Source: an uncultured Saprospiraceae bacterium
GTDB taxonomy: Bacteria > Bacteroidota > Bacteroidia > Chitinophagales > Saprospiraceae
Direction of reading: 5' to 3'
Assembly (NCBI GenBank): GCA_964549655.1
Contig: CAZJXN010000005.1
Location: forward strand, 6,220 to 70,219
Length of the DNA stretch: 64,000 nt
Shown: in pieces, positions 45,596 through 55,780 of the stretch
How the letters are laid out: each line of letters starts with the position of its first letter
How positions within the stretch are numbered: position 1 is the first letter of the stretch
Made by a program: the position numbers and the translations under genes
Notes under the pieces: model-generated
Told to the model about the DNA's origin: nothing
The model's database searches: none
What the model saw: the letters and a program-made list of their open reading frames with translations, nothing else

Positions 45596-46767
45596 ACTTT
45601 CAACGCAATGGTGCTATCGGTTACTTCCATTTCCAATTTATCAAAATTCAAAATTCGCTCTACCAATTCTGCTCCAAATAAATCTTTTCGCCAGCCATTT
45701 TTTAAGCTGTCTTCCAAGCCCTCGTTGCCGTTGCGCACTTTTTTGATGGCGGCACGTGGGAGCGCAAGGGTAGGGGACACGCCATTTTCGAGGCATTTAT
45801 ATTTTACTAAAAGGTAAAGTGTTTCTTGCAACATTTCATCATACGGGTCTTCACTTTCCTCCGTCGGAATTTGCTTTAATAAAAGTCGTTCGGCATCGGT
45901 AGTAGGTTCTTTATACAACTTTTCAAACAATTGAATATTGGTGCGAATCAATTTTTCAGGTAAGCGGCGATTGCGCAAGAGCGCGTCTCTACCAGACGAC
46001 ATTCCGCGCACAATTTGGCTAATCAACTTGCCTGGCAAAATCATTTCCTTGGAATAATTTTTCTCTTCTGCCGTGCGTCGCCGCCAATCAAAGAGCCGCA
46101 ATAAAAAGACTTGTTCCCGCAGATTGAGGGATTTCATCATGTCACTATTCAATGCGTCGTGATTTGGGTCTTTCGCATAAAAACCGGGCGATTCCATGCG
46201 CCGAAATTCTTCCATTGCCCAACTTAACCGTCCGTGTCGTTCTAATTTTTCTTCCAAAATGCCCCACAAATCGTGCAGTGGCAGCACGTCTTCGAGTGCG
46301 TAGGTGAGTTGTTTGGGTGTAAATGGACGCGCTTCCCAGTCTGTCACGGCATAACTTTTATTCAAACTGACCCGCAATTCCACTTCCACTAATTTTCGAA
46401 ACGAAATCGGATAGCGATAGCCACTGAAAGCAGCAGCGAGTTGTGTATCAAAAATATTTTTAGGAACCGTTCCATACAGACTATTTAATAAGCGATAATC
46501 ATTATCTCCGGCGTGTGTAACCTTTACAATCAGCTCATTTTCAACGAATTCTAAAAAAGGGTCTAAATTGGGTACTTTGAACGGGTCAATCATATAATTG
46601 CCATGCGCCGTCGTTACTTGCAAGAGACACAAACTGGTCGTGTAGCGTTTTTCACCTACAAATTCCGTGTCGAAACACAACCATTCAATACCCTGCTGCT
46701 GTCTATAAAAGAGATCAAGGTCGCTTTGTGATTCTATAAATGTAAAATTTGTTTTTTCCGTGTGCAT
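45571..46767 (-). CDS. rnd: Ribonuclease D (3'-5' exonuclease plus HRDC); start trimmed to MHTEKTNF
   Basis: The DEDDy exonuclease motifs are LCFDTEFVG, VTHAGDNDYRLL and YALEDVLPL. The C-terminal codons (...VEDGRMGR) and the stop lie in hairpin repeat copy 2. Confidence 0.85.
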   Translation of the reverse strand: MHTEKTNFTFIESQSDLDLFYRQQQGIEWLCFDTEFVGEKRYTTSLCLLQVTTAHGNYMIDPFKVPNLDPFLEFVENELIVKVTHAGDNDYRLLNSLYGTVPKNIFDTQLAAAFSGYRYPISFRKLVEVELRVSLNKSYAVTDWEARPFTPKQLTYALEDVLPLHDLWGILEEKLERHGRLSWAMEEFRRMESPGFYAKDPNHDALNSDMMKSLNLREQVFLLRLFDWRRRTAEEKNYSKEMILPGKLISQIVRGMSSGRDALLRNRRLPEKLIRTNIQLFEKLYKEPTTDAERLLLKQIPTEESEDPYDEMLQETLYLLVKYKCLENGVSPTLALPRAAIKKVRNGNEGLEDSLKNGWRKDLFGAELVERILNFDKLEMEVTDSTIALKVEDGRMGR

Positions 46768-46984
46768 ATTTTTCAGGACTCGTTTGCCACAAAGATGGCG
46801 CAAGAAATTAGCAATCGGAAATTTAAAATTTGAAATTAATATTTAAAACCACTCCATTTTATGCATTCTTCCTTGCCTTAGCATCTATTCTACAATGTTG
46901 TTGTTGTATTAATAAAAGTTTAATAATTTGCTAAAACGTGCTATCTGTGTAAATTTGTAGCACTTTTGAGCGTTAAGAAAAAAA

Positions 46985-47060
46985 TGGAAGATGGGAGGAT
47001 AGGAAGATAGGAGAATCCACGAAGCACGTGTTTTTCCATCCTCCCATCTTCCTATACTCC
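46985..47060. repeat. GA-rich/CT-rich hairpin repeat, copy 3
   Basis: TGGAAGATGGGAGGATAGGAAGATAGGAG-loop-CCATCCTCCCATCTTCCTATACTCC ends 14 nt before the asmA-like start. Confidence 0.85.
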
Positions 47061-47074
47061 TCAAATCCAATATA

Positions 47075-50000
47075 ATGAAACGCGGAATTAAAATCACTTT
47101 AATAATCATTGCGGTACTGTTTACGCTCGTCATCGGCGCGGCGTTTGCCATTCCTTATTTTTTTAAAGACCAGATACAAGCGGCGGTCATCAAAGCTGCC
47201 AATGAAAGCTTGAATGCCAAACTCAATTTTACGGATGTCAGCTTGTCTGTGTTTCGGGATTTCCCGGATGTGAGTGTGCGCTTGCAAAATCTGACGGTTA
47301 CAAATATGGAGCCGTTTGAAGACATTCGCTTGGCGGATGTAGAAGCGGCGGATGTAACAGTGGATATTATGTCTATCATTCGCAATCAAAAGCCGTGGCG
47401 TATCAAGTCTATTTATGTAAAAAAACCTAATATAAATGTATTTGTGTTGGAAGACGGACGCGCCAATTACGATATTGTGAAACCGACAGCGGATTCTTTG
47501 GCGGAAGAACCGGAGACTGCTACAAGCGATTTTAACATCACTTTGGAATCGTATGAAATAGAAGATGGAAATATAGTATATAAAGATGAAACGATTGGTA
47601 TTGACTTGTCTATCAAAGGTTTAGACCATAAAGGTTCTGGCGACTTTACAAGTATGGTATATGATTTGAATACCGATACGAATGTGGATTCGTTGAGTCT
47701 GACGTATGGCGGCATTCCATATTTGAAAAGAGCGCACACGGAATTGGATGCCATTTTCAATATTGACCAAGCGAATAGCAAATATACGTTGAAGGACAAT
47801 ATTGTAAAGTTGAATGACTTAGAGTTGCGCGCAGACGGTTTCGTACAATTGCCGGACACGAGCAATATCGTGATGGATTTAAAATTTTCTACGCCGCAAA
47901 GTGAGTTTAAGGATTTATTATCTATGATTCCAAATGCGTATATCGCTGGTTATGAGAGTGTAAAAGCAGATGGAACGTTTAATTTGAGCGGTTTTGCAAA
48001 AGGTACTTACAATGCGACACAAGAAACATATCCGGCTTTTCAAGTGAATTTAGGCGTGGAAAATGGCAGTATAAAATATCCTGATTTGCCGTTGGGCATT
48101 TCTAATATTAATACAAAAATAAACGTGAATAGTCCGACCAGCAATTTTGATGACTTGCTCTTAGATATTCCAACGTTTGCCATGCAATTGGGGAGCAATC
48201 CGATTCGAGCGGTTTTTAAATTGAAAACACCGATTTCTGACCCCGATGTGGACACGCAGATTGACGGAACTTTAAATTTAAAAGAACTATCGCAAGCCTT
48301 TCCGATGGAAGGTATGAGTGACTTAAGCGGCATCATTTCGGCGGATGTAGATGTGAAAACGCGCTTGTCGTATATTGAGAACCAAGAATATGAAAAAGTA
48401 AATATGCGCGGCGATATGTCGGTACAAGGTTTGAATTATAAAGACGTGGCTTACCCTGCGATCCGTATTAATAGTGCCAAAGCGCAATTCACACCCCAAA
48501 ATGTACGCCTTGAAAACTTCGATGCAAAATTGGGTAAAAGCGATGTAAAGGCGAGCGGTTCGATTCAAAATATCTTGGCGTATTTCTCACCAAAGAAAAC
48601 AATGCGTGGTCAATTTACGGTGCGCTCTAACTCGTTTGATGCGAATGAATGGGTGCCAAAAGAGACGGCTACTACGACGCAACCCGCTTTACCGGCTTCC
48701 CAAACACAGCCTGCCGCGGCAACCGAGATATTTGACCGATTTGATTTTACGTTGGACGCGGCAGTTGGACAATTGGCGTATGATACGTATCGTTTAAAAA
48801 ACTCGATTGTAAAAGGAAATATAAAACCTAATAAACTGTCAGTGAGCGAATTGAGTACGCAAATTGGGGAGAGTGATGTAAAGGCTTCAGGAGTTATTAC
48901 AAACTTATTTGATTATTTATTTGACAATCAGACCTTGGGTGGAAATATTGCGGTTTCGTCCAAAGTAATGAATTTGAATCAATTTATGACGGCAGATGGC
49001 TCTGCGCCTCAACCGACTGCAACCACCACCAGCACTGCTTCTACCGCCGGAATGGAGCCCATTTTAATACCGAAAAATATAGATATGACGATTCGCGCCA
49101 ACATGGACAAAGTCATTTACACCAATATGATACTCAATAATGTAAAAGGCGATTTGATCGTGGCGAAAGAAGCGGTCGTATTGCAAGATGTGACTGCAAA
49201 TATTTTAGGTGGAAAAGTGGCATTGAGCGGCGGTTATGACACGAAAGACAAAGCGAATCCAGGGTTTAACCTCAAGTATGATTTGCAAAATATGGATTTT
49301 CAAAAAACGTTTGGTGCGTTCAACAGCTTTCAAGTGCTCGCGCCGATTGGAGCATTCATACGAGGAAATTTTAATACGAGTTTGATTTTAGACGGAACGT
49401 TGGGCAAAAACGTGATGCCGAATTTTAATTCTTTAAATATGCAAGGCTTTTTAGAAACGATTAATGGAATTATTGATAATTTCAGACCATTACAAGTAAT
49501 TGGCGAGAAGTTTAATATTGATTATTTTAAAGAAGCGCTTACGATAAAGAATACGAAAAACTGGTTTGAATTGAAAGATGGTGCGGTCGCAGTGAAAGAA
49601 TTTGATTATCAATATAAAGATATTCCGATGAAAATCGCTGGTACGCATGGCTTGAATCAGGATATTAATTACACCATTAAAGCTAAAATTCCGCGCAAAC
49701 TGATAGAGAAAATGGGTGTAGGTGCTGCGGCTACGAAAGGTTTAGACCAGATTAGTAAAGAAGCCGCCAAGTTTGGTTTGAATATTGCGAAAACAGAATT
49801 TGTGAATGTACAATTTAATCTTACAGGCAGTATCAAGAGTCCAAAAGTAGGATTTAAATTGCTCGGCACCGATGGCGGCGAAAGTTCTCCGGTTGCCTCC
49901 GCCACGGAACAAGTGAAAGATGCCGTGAAAAATGAAGTGAAAGAAAAAATTACAGAAGGTAAAGAGCAGCTCAAACAAACCGCCACCAAAGCTGTGGATT

Positions 50001-50209
50001 CTGTAAAAACGGTGTTGAAAGATAAAACCGAGCAAGCCAAAGAAGACGTGACGAAAAAAGCGGAAGAAGCAATTAAAGATAAATTGGGCAGCAAAGTGGA
50101 TTCCACCACGAAAGAAGAAATTAAAAATCAGTTGGATAAATTCAATCCGTTTAAAAAGAAGAAGAAAGAAGAGCCGAAGAAAGATAGCACCAGCACGAGC
50201 GGTAATTAA
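47075..50209 (+). CDS. AsmA-family protein (large envelope protein with an N-terminal TM anchor)
   Basis: An N-terminal TM segment is followed by IPYFFKDQIQAAVIKAANESLNAKLNFTDVSLSVFRDFPDVSVRLQNL, typical of AsmA-like N-termini. The protein is long and beta-rich, with a Lys/Glu-rich tail. Confidence 0.8.
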   Translation: MKRGIKITLIIIAVLFTLVIGAAFAIPYFFKDQIQAAVIKAANESLNAKLNFTDVSLSVFRDFPDVSVRLQNLTVTNMEPFEDIRLADVEAADVTVDIMSIIRNQKPWRIKSIYVKKPNINVFVLEDGRANYDIVKPTADSLAEEPETATSDFNITLESYEIEDGNIVYKDETIGIDLSIKGLDHKGSGDFTSMVYDLNTDTNVDSLSLTYGGIPYLKRAHTELDAIFNIDQANSKYTLKDNIVKLNDLELRADGFVQLPDTSNIVMDLKFSTPQSEFKDLLSMIPNAYIAGYESVKADGTFNLSGFAKGTYNATQETYPAFQVNLGVENGSIKYPDLPLGISNINTKINVNSPTSNFDDLLLDIPTFAMQLGSNPIRAVFKLKTPISDPDVDTQIDGTLNLKELSQAFPMEGMSDLSGIISADVDVKTRLSYIENQEYEKVNMRGDMSVQGLNYKDVAYPAIRINSAKAQFTPQNVRLENFDAKLGKSDVKASGSIQNILAYFSPKKTMRGQFTVRSNSFDANEWVPKETATTTQPALPASQTQPAAATEIFDRFDFTLDAAVGQLAYDTYRLKNSIVKGNIKPNKLSVSELSTQIGESDVKASGVITNLFDYLFDNQTLGGNIAVSSKVMNLNQFMTADGSAPQPTATTTSTASTAGMEPILIPKNIDMTIRANMDKVIYTNMILNNVKGDLIVAKEAVVLQDVTANILGGKVALSGGYDTKDKANPGFNLKYDLQNMDFQKTFGAFNSFQVLAPIGAFIRGNFNTSLILDGTLGKNVMPNFNSLNMQGFLETINGIIDNFRPLQVIGEKFNIDYFKEALTIKNTKNWFELKDGAVAVKEFDYQYKDIPMKIAGTHGLNQDINYTIKAKIPRKLIEKMGVGAAATKGLDQISKEAAKFGLNIAKTEFVNVQFNLTGSIKSPKVGFKLLGTDGGESSPVASATEQVKDAVKNEVKEKITEGKEQLKQTATKAVDSVKTVLKDKTEQAKEDVTKKAEEAIKDKLGSKVDSTTKEEIKNQLDKFNPFKKKKKEEPKKDSTSTSGN

Positions 50210-50230
50210 TGTGCTTATTTGCTGGTGTGC

Positions 50231-50312
50231 CAATTTGCTAATTTCCCGTATAGCATATTAGCACATCAGCATAACTTGTCCCGCAAATCGGGATTATCTC
50301 ATCAGCAAATTA
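50231..50312. repeat. Conserved stem-loop element, copy 2 (copy 1 at 3868-3945)
   Basis: Reads GCACATCAGCATAACTTGTCCCGCAAATCGGGATTATCTCATCAGCAAAT. Confidence 0.7.
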
Positions 50313-50317
50313 TACAA

Positions 50318-50932
50318 ATGTACATTCCTCCCCGTTACAAACTCACTGACATTGAAGAAGTTAGAAATTTCATTCAAGCCAATAGCTTTGGTATCCTCAT
50401 CAATATCTTAGATGGAAAACCTTGGGCGACGCACATTCCACTGGAATTAGAAACGAACGCTGCTGGAGAAGACGTACTCGTCGGACACATTTCTAAAGCG
50501 AATCCACAGTGGAAAACATTTGCCGAAAACTCGCAGGTGCTGACGATTTTCTCGGCGCCCCACGCTTACATTTCTTCCTCTTGGTATGATCATGAAAACG
50601 TGCCGACCTGGAATTACATCGCCGTTCATGTATATGGAAGCCTGCGTGTAATGGAAGGCGAGGAGTTATTTCAAGCGCTTAAAAAATTGATGGATAAATA
50701 CGAAACTACTTCTGCAAAACCTGTGCAGTTGGAGCGTATGACACCGGAATACGTTCAAAAAGAAATGCGGGGCATTGTCGGTTTTGAAATAAAAGTAAAA
50801 GAAATTCATGCCGCGCATAAATTATCACAAAATAGAGACGACAAAAATTATCAAAATGTAATAACGGAATTGGAAAAGCGCGGCGAAGGATATGATGTGG
50901 ATATTGCCAATGCGATGAAGAAAATAAGATAG
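50318..50932 (+). CDS. FMN-binding negative transcriptional regulator (PaiB family); start trimmed to MYIPPRY
   Basis: MYIPPRYKLTD...FGILI...THIPL...GHISKANPQW...VLTIFSAPHAYISSSWY...VPTWNYIAVHVYG...AHKLSQNR is the characteristic PaiB pattern. Confidence 0.85.
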   Translation: MYIPPRYKLTDIEEVRNFIQANSFGILINILDGKPWATHIPLELETNAAGEDVLVGHISKANPQWKTFAENSQVLTIFSAPHAYISSSWYDHENVPTWNYIAVHVYGSLRVMEGEELFQALKKLMDKYETTSAKPVQLERMTPEYVQKEMRGIVGFEIKVKEIHAAHKLSQNRDDKNYQNVITELEKRGEGYDVDIANAMKKIR

Positions 50933-50989
50933 TCGAATCATACGTTATCATTTTTGTTAATCTATTACTTCCCAAAAACACGAACACCC

Positions 50990-52486
50990 ATGACCCGAAT
51001 CTCACTTCTGGCAGTGCTACTATTTACTTCTCTTATTTCCTGTTTTGCAAAAACGCTCCACGTCGGCACTGGACAACCGCACTCGAATCTCTTGAGCGCT
51101 ACCCGACAGGCACAGCCCGGCGACACCATCTTCTTGCGCACTGGCGTGTACACGGGCGGGCAATATATTGAAAACTTGCAAGGCACGGCGGACAAATGGA
51201 TTCATATTCTAAATTTTCCGAACGCAAATGTTATTATTCGCGGCAGTACGGAGGCGTGGCACTTTACAGACCCCAATTATTTGCACATCAGCGGCATTAT
51301 TTTTGAGCAGCAAACAGGCAATGGTGTCAATATAGACGATAGCGGCTCTTATGATACACCAGCACATCATGTTTTAATAGAAAATTGCATTTTTCGCAAT
51401 ATGAATGCAACGGGTAATAATGATTTACTCAAAATGTCGGGTGTAGATGAATTTGAAGTGCGCGATTGTACATTTTTAAATGGCGCGACCGGTGGGAGTG
51501 GTATTGATATGGTGGGTTGTCATCAGGGACTTATTCACAAAAATCGGTTTGAAAATCTTGGTTCCACGGGCATTCAAGCAAAAGGCGGGACTCAGTTTGT
51601 GCGCATCGAAGCCAATTTTTTTAAAAATGCAGGAGCCAGAGCTTTGAATTTGGGCGGCAGCACGGGTTTGCAATTCTTCCGACCGATAGATGCGACTTTT
51701 GAAGCCGCAGATTTACAAGTATATTCTAATGTTTTTATGGGTTCGCAAGCGCCTGTTGCGTATGTAGGGAGCGTACGGGTGGAAGTGGTGAACAACACGA
51801 TTTATTTACCTGGTAAATGGGTGGTGCGTATTTTACAAGAAACGGTGGACCCGAATCGCTTTTTACAAAGTGGAGAGAATAGTTTTATTAATAATATCAT
51901 TTATTTTGACAATAATGTGAGTACTGCCGTAAATATTGGCACAAATACGCGTCCAAATACCTTCACTTTTACAAATAACTTATGGTATAATTATCAAAAT
52001 CCGAATTCCAGTAAACCATCTTTACCTGTGCAAGAAAGTAATGGAATCGTTGGACAAAATCCAAATTTTAAAGATGTAAATGCAGAGGATTTTAATTTAC
52101 TTCCTAATAGTCCGGCGATTGCAAAAGGAAAGCAAACGAGCACTCCTAAGACTGATTTTTCAGGTGCAAATTTCAAACAACAACGTTCAATTGGCGCTTT
52201 GGAAAGTGGTGGCACAACCAGTATTCAAGCCATTGCTGACAATCTTGAACTCACTATTTTCCCAAATCCTTCCGATGGTTTGTTAACGATTCAATTAGCA
52301 GAGCCCATTATTCAAAAAGGCTTACTTAAAGTAATAAATGCAGATGGAAGATTGGTTTTTAGTAAAATAATGAATGGGGAAAGTAAAGTGCAGTTAAATT
52401 TAGAACAACTGCCGACAGGAAATTATGTAATAGAAATGGTGATAAATGGGCGGCGAATGACGGGCAGCTGGATAAAAAGTAAATGA
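50990..52486 (+). CDS. Right-handed parallel beta-helix repeat protein with a T9SS C-terminal sorting domain
   Basis: Has a signal peptide and repetitive N.G/NN-rich beta-helix turns (IENCIFRNM, VRDCTFLNG, IHKNRFENL). The C-terminal LTIFPNPSDGLLTIQL...GNYVIEMVINGRRMTGSWIK is a Por/T9SS tail. Confidence 0.75.
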   Translation: MTRISLLAVLLFTSLISCFAKTLHVGTGQPHSNLLSATRQAQPGDTIFLRTGVYTGGQYIENLQGTADKWIHILNFPNANVIIRGSTEAWHFTDPNYLHISGIIFEQQTGNGVNIDDSGSYDTPAHHVLIENCIFRNMNATGNNDLLKMSGVDEFEVRDCTFLNGATGGSGIDMVGCHQGLIHKNRFENLGSTGIQAKGGTQFVRIEANFFKNAGARALNLGGSTGLQFFRPIDATFEAADLQVYSNVFMGSQAPVAYVGSVRVEVVNNTIYLPGKWVVRILQETVDPNRFLQSGENSFINNIIYFDNNVSTAVNIGTNTRPNTFTFTNNLWYNYQNPNSSKPSLPVQESNGIVGQNPNFKDVNAEDFNLLPNSPAIAKGKQTSTPKTDFSGANFKQQRSIGALESGGTTSIQAIADNLELTIFPNPSDGLLTIQLAEPIIQKGLLKVINADGRLVFSKIMNGESKVQLNLEQLPTGNYVIEMVINGRRMTGSWIKSK

Positions 52487-52505
52487 TATCGGCTCTTTTA
52501 TTTTT

Positions 52506-52538
52506 AAAATCATAATCACCCTATAAAATCAGTGTTCC
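52506..52538. repeat. GGWACACTGAT-family repeat, single arm
   Basis: AAAATCATAATCACCCTATAAAATCAGTGTTCC matches 60748-60783. It contains the TGA stop of the nagB-like gene. Confidence 0.7.
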
Positions 52539-53245
52539 ATTACTCGCTTATCTATCACACATTCCACATTTGGATGCAACCATAGCAAAGACGCGGGTAA
52601 TTGTGTAGAAATCTCTTGTTTTAATAGTCGCTTTACCACTTCTTTTTTATGATTACCTGTGACCAATAATATTATTTTTTTGGAATGTAAAATATCTGCC
52701 ATCCCAATCGTCATACCGTACGTAGGCTTTTGTTGCATCGCTTTTGCCATTGAATGTTGCATGGAAGTATCAGAAAGTTTTACCACATGACAATAAGGAT
52801 GTAATGCTTCTGAAGGCTCGTTAAACCCAATATGCCCATTCCTACCCAAGCCCAATATGCAAAGGTCTATCGGTCCCTGTTCCGTTATAATATTTTGCAT
52901 TCTATTACATTCTTGTTGTGGATTTTCAGGATTGCTTTCAAAAGCAAAATACTGATTCGGACTAATATGTAATGGTTGCAATAAATTTTTTTGTAAAAAA
53001 GATTCGCAGGTTTGCGACTCCTGCATCTCCACACCGCCCCATTCGTCGAGTTTTAGAATGCGTAGTTGCTCAAATAACGCTTTGTCTTTTTGAAATTCCG
53101 CTGCCAGTAAATGGTAGGTCATTAAAGGAGAATTGCCAGTAGCGGCACAGATCAAGCTGTCTTTTTTTTGTTGTAACGTCCTCACAATCAGGTCTTTTGC
53201 GTGTCCGCTCATTTGGGTGTAATCGGCGTGGTAGGTGATTTTCAT
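52529..53245 (-). CDS. Glucosamine-6-phosphate deaminase / 6-phosphogluconolactonase family protein
   Basis: ATGNSPL, LDEWGG and LGLGRNGHIGFNEP are NagB-type motifs. Confidence 0.8.
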   Translation of the reverse strand: MKITYHADYTQMSGHAKDLIVRTLQQKKDSLICAATGNSPLMTYHLLAAEFQKDKALFEQLRILKLDEWGGVEMQESQTCESFLQKNLLQPLHISPNQYFAFESNPENPQQECNRMQNIITEQGPIDLCILGLGRNGHIGFNEPSEALHPYCHVVKLSDTSMQHSMAKAMQQKPTYGMTIGMADILHSKKIILLVTGNHKKEVVKRLLKQEISTQLPASLLWLHPNVECVIDKRVMEH

Positions 53246-53372
53246 GGAGGGAAGATAAGACGGAAACCGCTTTTACAAATAAAAAAGTAATATTTTTCTT
53301 GCTACACAAATACGACTATTTATTGATTATTGGTTCCATTTACCGTATCTTAGTGGTTATAATATTAATGAT

Positions 53373-53585
53373 ATGAGTATTCAAGCAATAAAAGAAGAGG
53401 TCATAGTACTTAGCAAAGCCGAACAAGCTGAACTGATGCACTTTATGGTAGAACTTTTGACAACAGATAATTTCCAATTATCGAAAGAATGGCAGGAAGA
53501 GCTGGAGCAAAGAGAAGTAGCATTAGAAAACGGTACGTCGGTAGGAAGACCTGCCGGTGAGGTGATTGCAAAATATAGTCGTTGA
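53373..53585 (+). CDS. Putative addiction-module antitoxin component (70 aa)
   Basis: LSKAEQAELMHFMVELL...WQEELEQREVALENG resembles the 'putative addiction module component' family. It overlaps the downstream toxin gene by 4 bp. Confidence 0.65.
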   Translation: MSIQAIKEEVIVLSKAEQAELMHFMVELLTTDNFQLSKEWQEELEQREVALENGTSVGRPAGEVIAKYSR

Positions 53586-53884
53586 TGCCAACCTACCTTG
53601 TTATTATACAACCGGAAGCTGAATTAGATTTGGATGAAGCCTATGAATATTTAGAAGGGCAACAAATCGGACTTGGTTTTGAGTTGTTGGCAGAAATAGC
53701 GGATGCCATTACAGTTTTAGAAGAAACACCCTTTCTTTTTCAAAAAAATCATGACGAGAAGCGCCGATTCTTTCTTCAACGATTCAAATATAATCTTATT
53801 TATAAAGTGGTTAATGCTAATGTTTACATTTTAGCCATTATATACGGCAACAGAAATCCAAGCCGTTGGGAGGATAGGAATTAA
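53582..53884 (+). CDS. Type II toxin-antitoxin system RelE/ParE family toxin (100 aa)
   Basis: The size, the A.LDLDEAYEYLE start typical of ParE-like toxins, the motif RFKYNLIYKV...IYILAIIYGNRNP, and the operon with a small upstream ORF all fit. Confidence 0.7.
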   Translation: MMPTYLVIIQPEAELDLDEAYEYLEGQQIGLGFELLAEIADAITVLEETPFLFQKNHDEKRRFFLQRFKYNLIYKVVNANVYILAIIYGNRNPSRWEDRN

Positions 53885-53980
53885 AGTTATAATTAGATTT
53901 CGTATACAATAGTTCTGATTATAATTAAATATATTACAAATGTTTTTTTGTAAAAACTACAACTCTAATCCTTAATTTTT

Positions 53981-55780
53981 CTACACAATCTCCTCCGCCT
54001 TCACCTCCAGCGTCACCCGCTCGGTACTCAGCAGCCTTGCCCGTAACCCCATCGTTTTCGGCAATTCATATTCAAAAAAATATTTAGTCGTTTGTAATTT
54101 GCTTTTATAAAATATAACATCATCACCAGCGGCATTTACTAAAGCTTTGTCCGCTACAATCGCCTGTTTCAACCATTGCCAAGCGATGGTGACGATGCTA
54201 AAATATTCTAAATATAAAGTAGCATCGGCGAGGAAGACTTCTGGTTTTTCCTGCTTGGCGAGTTGCAATAGATGAGCCGTTACTTCTTGTAGTTTGGCGG
54301 CAGCCGTAGCAAGTTTATCTGCAAGCGGTTTTAAAGTTTCGGAACTTTGGGCAGCAATAATTACATTTTGTAATTCTTTGGCATAGAGCATCGCGGCTTT
54401 ACCATTTTGGAGCATGACTTTTCGACCCAACAAATCCATGCCGTGAATAGCAGTCGTGCCTTCGTAAATCGCGTTCACTCGAATGTCACGGTAATATTGT
54501 TCCAACGGGAAATCATCGGTGTAACCTGCGCCGCCGAGTACTTGCATACCTACGCTGGTAGAATAAGTACCCATTTCTGCTGGGTAAGATTTGGCAATGG
54601 GCGTGAGTAATTCTAATAATAAATGGGCATTTTCAGCGGCTTCCCCTTCGCTGACTTTCGCAAGGTCGGAATAATAACTACATTGTAATAAAACGGCGAT
54701 ACTACCTTCTACAATCGCTTTTTGTTGCAATAACATTCGGCGCACGTCGGCGTGTTCGATGATTAAAACAGGTGGAGCGAGCGGGTCTTTATTCGATGGA
54801 TGTCGTCCTTGCGAGCGTTCATTTGCATATTGCAAAGAAGCATAATAGGCGGCAGAAGCAGAGCCTGTTGCCATCAAACCCGTGCCAATCCGCGCTTCAT
54901 TCATCATTTGAAACATATATGGCAAACCATGATGCGGTTGACCTACTAAGTAACCAATACAATCATCTTTTTCACCCAACATGATATGTGCAGCGACGTA
55001 GCCGCGTTGTCCCATTTTACCAAAAATACCTGCCGTAGTCACATCGTTACTCACTAATTCACTATTTTCAACCCGATATTTTGGTACGACAAACAACGAA
55101 ATCCCTTTCGTGCCTGCCGGAGCGCCCTTGATTTTTGCCAACAACAAGTGAACTACATTATCCACCGCATTATGGTCGCCACCCGAGATGTAAACTTTTT
55201 GTCCTTTGATTTTATAAGTGCCATTTCCATTTAGCGGCTCGGCAGAAGATGTAATATCCGTTAGAGAACTACCAGCTTGCGGCTCGGTGAGCGCCATCGT
55301 GCCTTGCCAGTCGCCGCCGTACATTTGCGGCACATACGTTTCGTTTAGTTCTGGCGTGGCATATGCACGTATCAAATTCGCCGCGCCTTGTGTAAGAAAA
55401 GCGTGACTTGCCGCATTTCCATTAGCAGCATAGAAGCACATCAAACCGGCACTCATTAATACGTGTGGCATTTGTTGTCCTCCATTTTCATAACTATCTA
55501 ACGCGGAAATCCAGCCACCGTCTGCCAATGCCTTCAGCGCCGGACGCAGGCTTGGATGCACATGGACTTCCCCATCTTTGTAATACGCTTTCTCTTTGTC
55601 CATCTCCCGATAGAACGGAAAAAGATAGGTATCGCTGAGTTGTTTGGCTGCATCGAGTACCATGTTGAATGCATCGGCATCATAATCAGCGTAGTACGGA
55701 TATTGATTTAAAGCTGGTGCGTCTAATACTTCGTTGAGTAGGAACTGGAGATTGCGGATGCTGACGTATTGGGTTGCCAT
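53981..55780 (-). CDS. Long acyl-CoA dehydrogenase family protein (about 600 aa); start trimmed to MATQYVS
   Basis: Shows LTEPQAGSSL, YISGGDH and IYEGTTAIHGMDLLGRK, with a C-terminal helical extension. Confidence 0.9.
   Translation of the reverse strand: MATQYVSIRNLQFLLNEVLDAPALNQYPYYADYDADAFNMVLDAAKQLSDTYLFPFYREMDKEKAYYKDGEVHVHPSLRPALKALADGGWISALDSYENGGQQMPHVLMSAGLMCFYAANGNAASHAFLTQGAANLIRAYATPELNETYVPQMYGGDWQGTMALTEPQAGSSLTDITSSAEPLNGNGTYKIKGQKVYISGGDHNAVDNVVHLLLAKIKGAPAGTKGISLFVVPKYRVENSELVSNDVTTAGIFGKMGQRGYVAAHIMLGEKDDCIGYLVGQPHHGLPYMFQMMNEARIGTGLMATGSASAAYYASLQYANERSQGRHPSNKDPLAPPVLIIEHADVRRMLLQQKAIVEGSIAVLLQCSYYSDLAKVSEGEAAENAHLLLELLTPIAKSYPAEMGTYSTSVGMQVLGGAGYTDDFPLEQYYRDIRVNAIYEGTTAIHGMDLLGRKVMLQNGKAAMLYAKELQNVIIAAQSSETLKPLADKLATAAAKLQEVTAHLLQLAKQEKPEVFLADATLYLEYFSIVTIAWQWLKQAIVADKALVNAAGDDVIFYKSKLQTTKYFFEYELPKTMGLRARLLSTERVTLEVKAEEIV

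Noticed and set aside
49669-50233. 146-aa and 163-aa minus-strand ORFs at the end of the AsmA-like gene
   Set aside because: They are shadow ORFs opposite the Lys/Glu-rich tail of the AsmA-family protein, and their translations are low-complexity.
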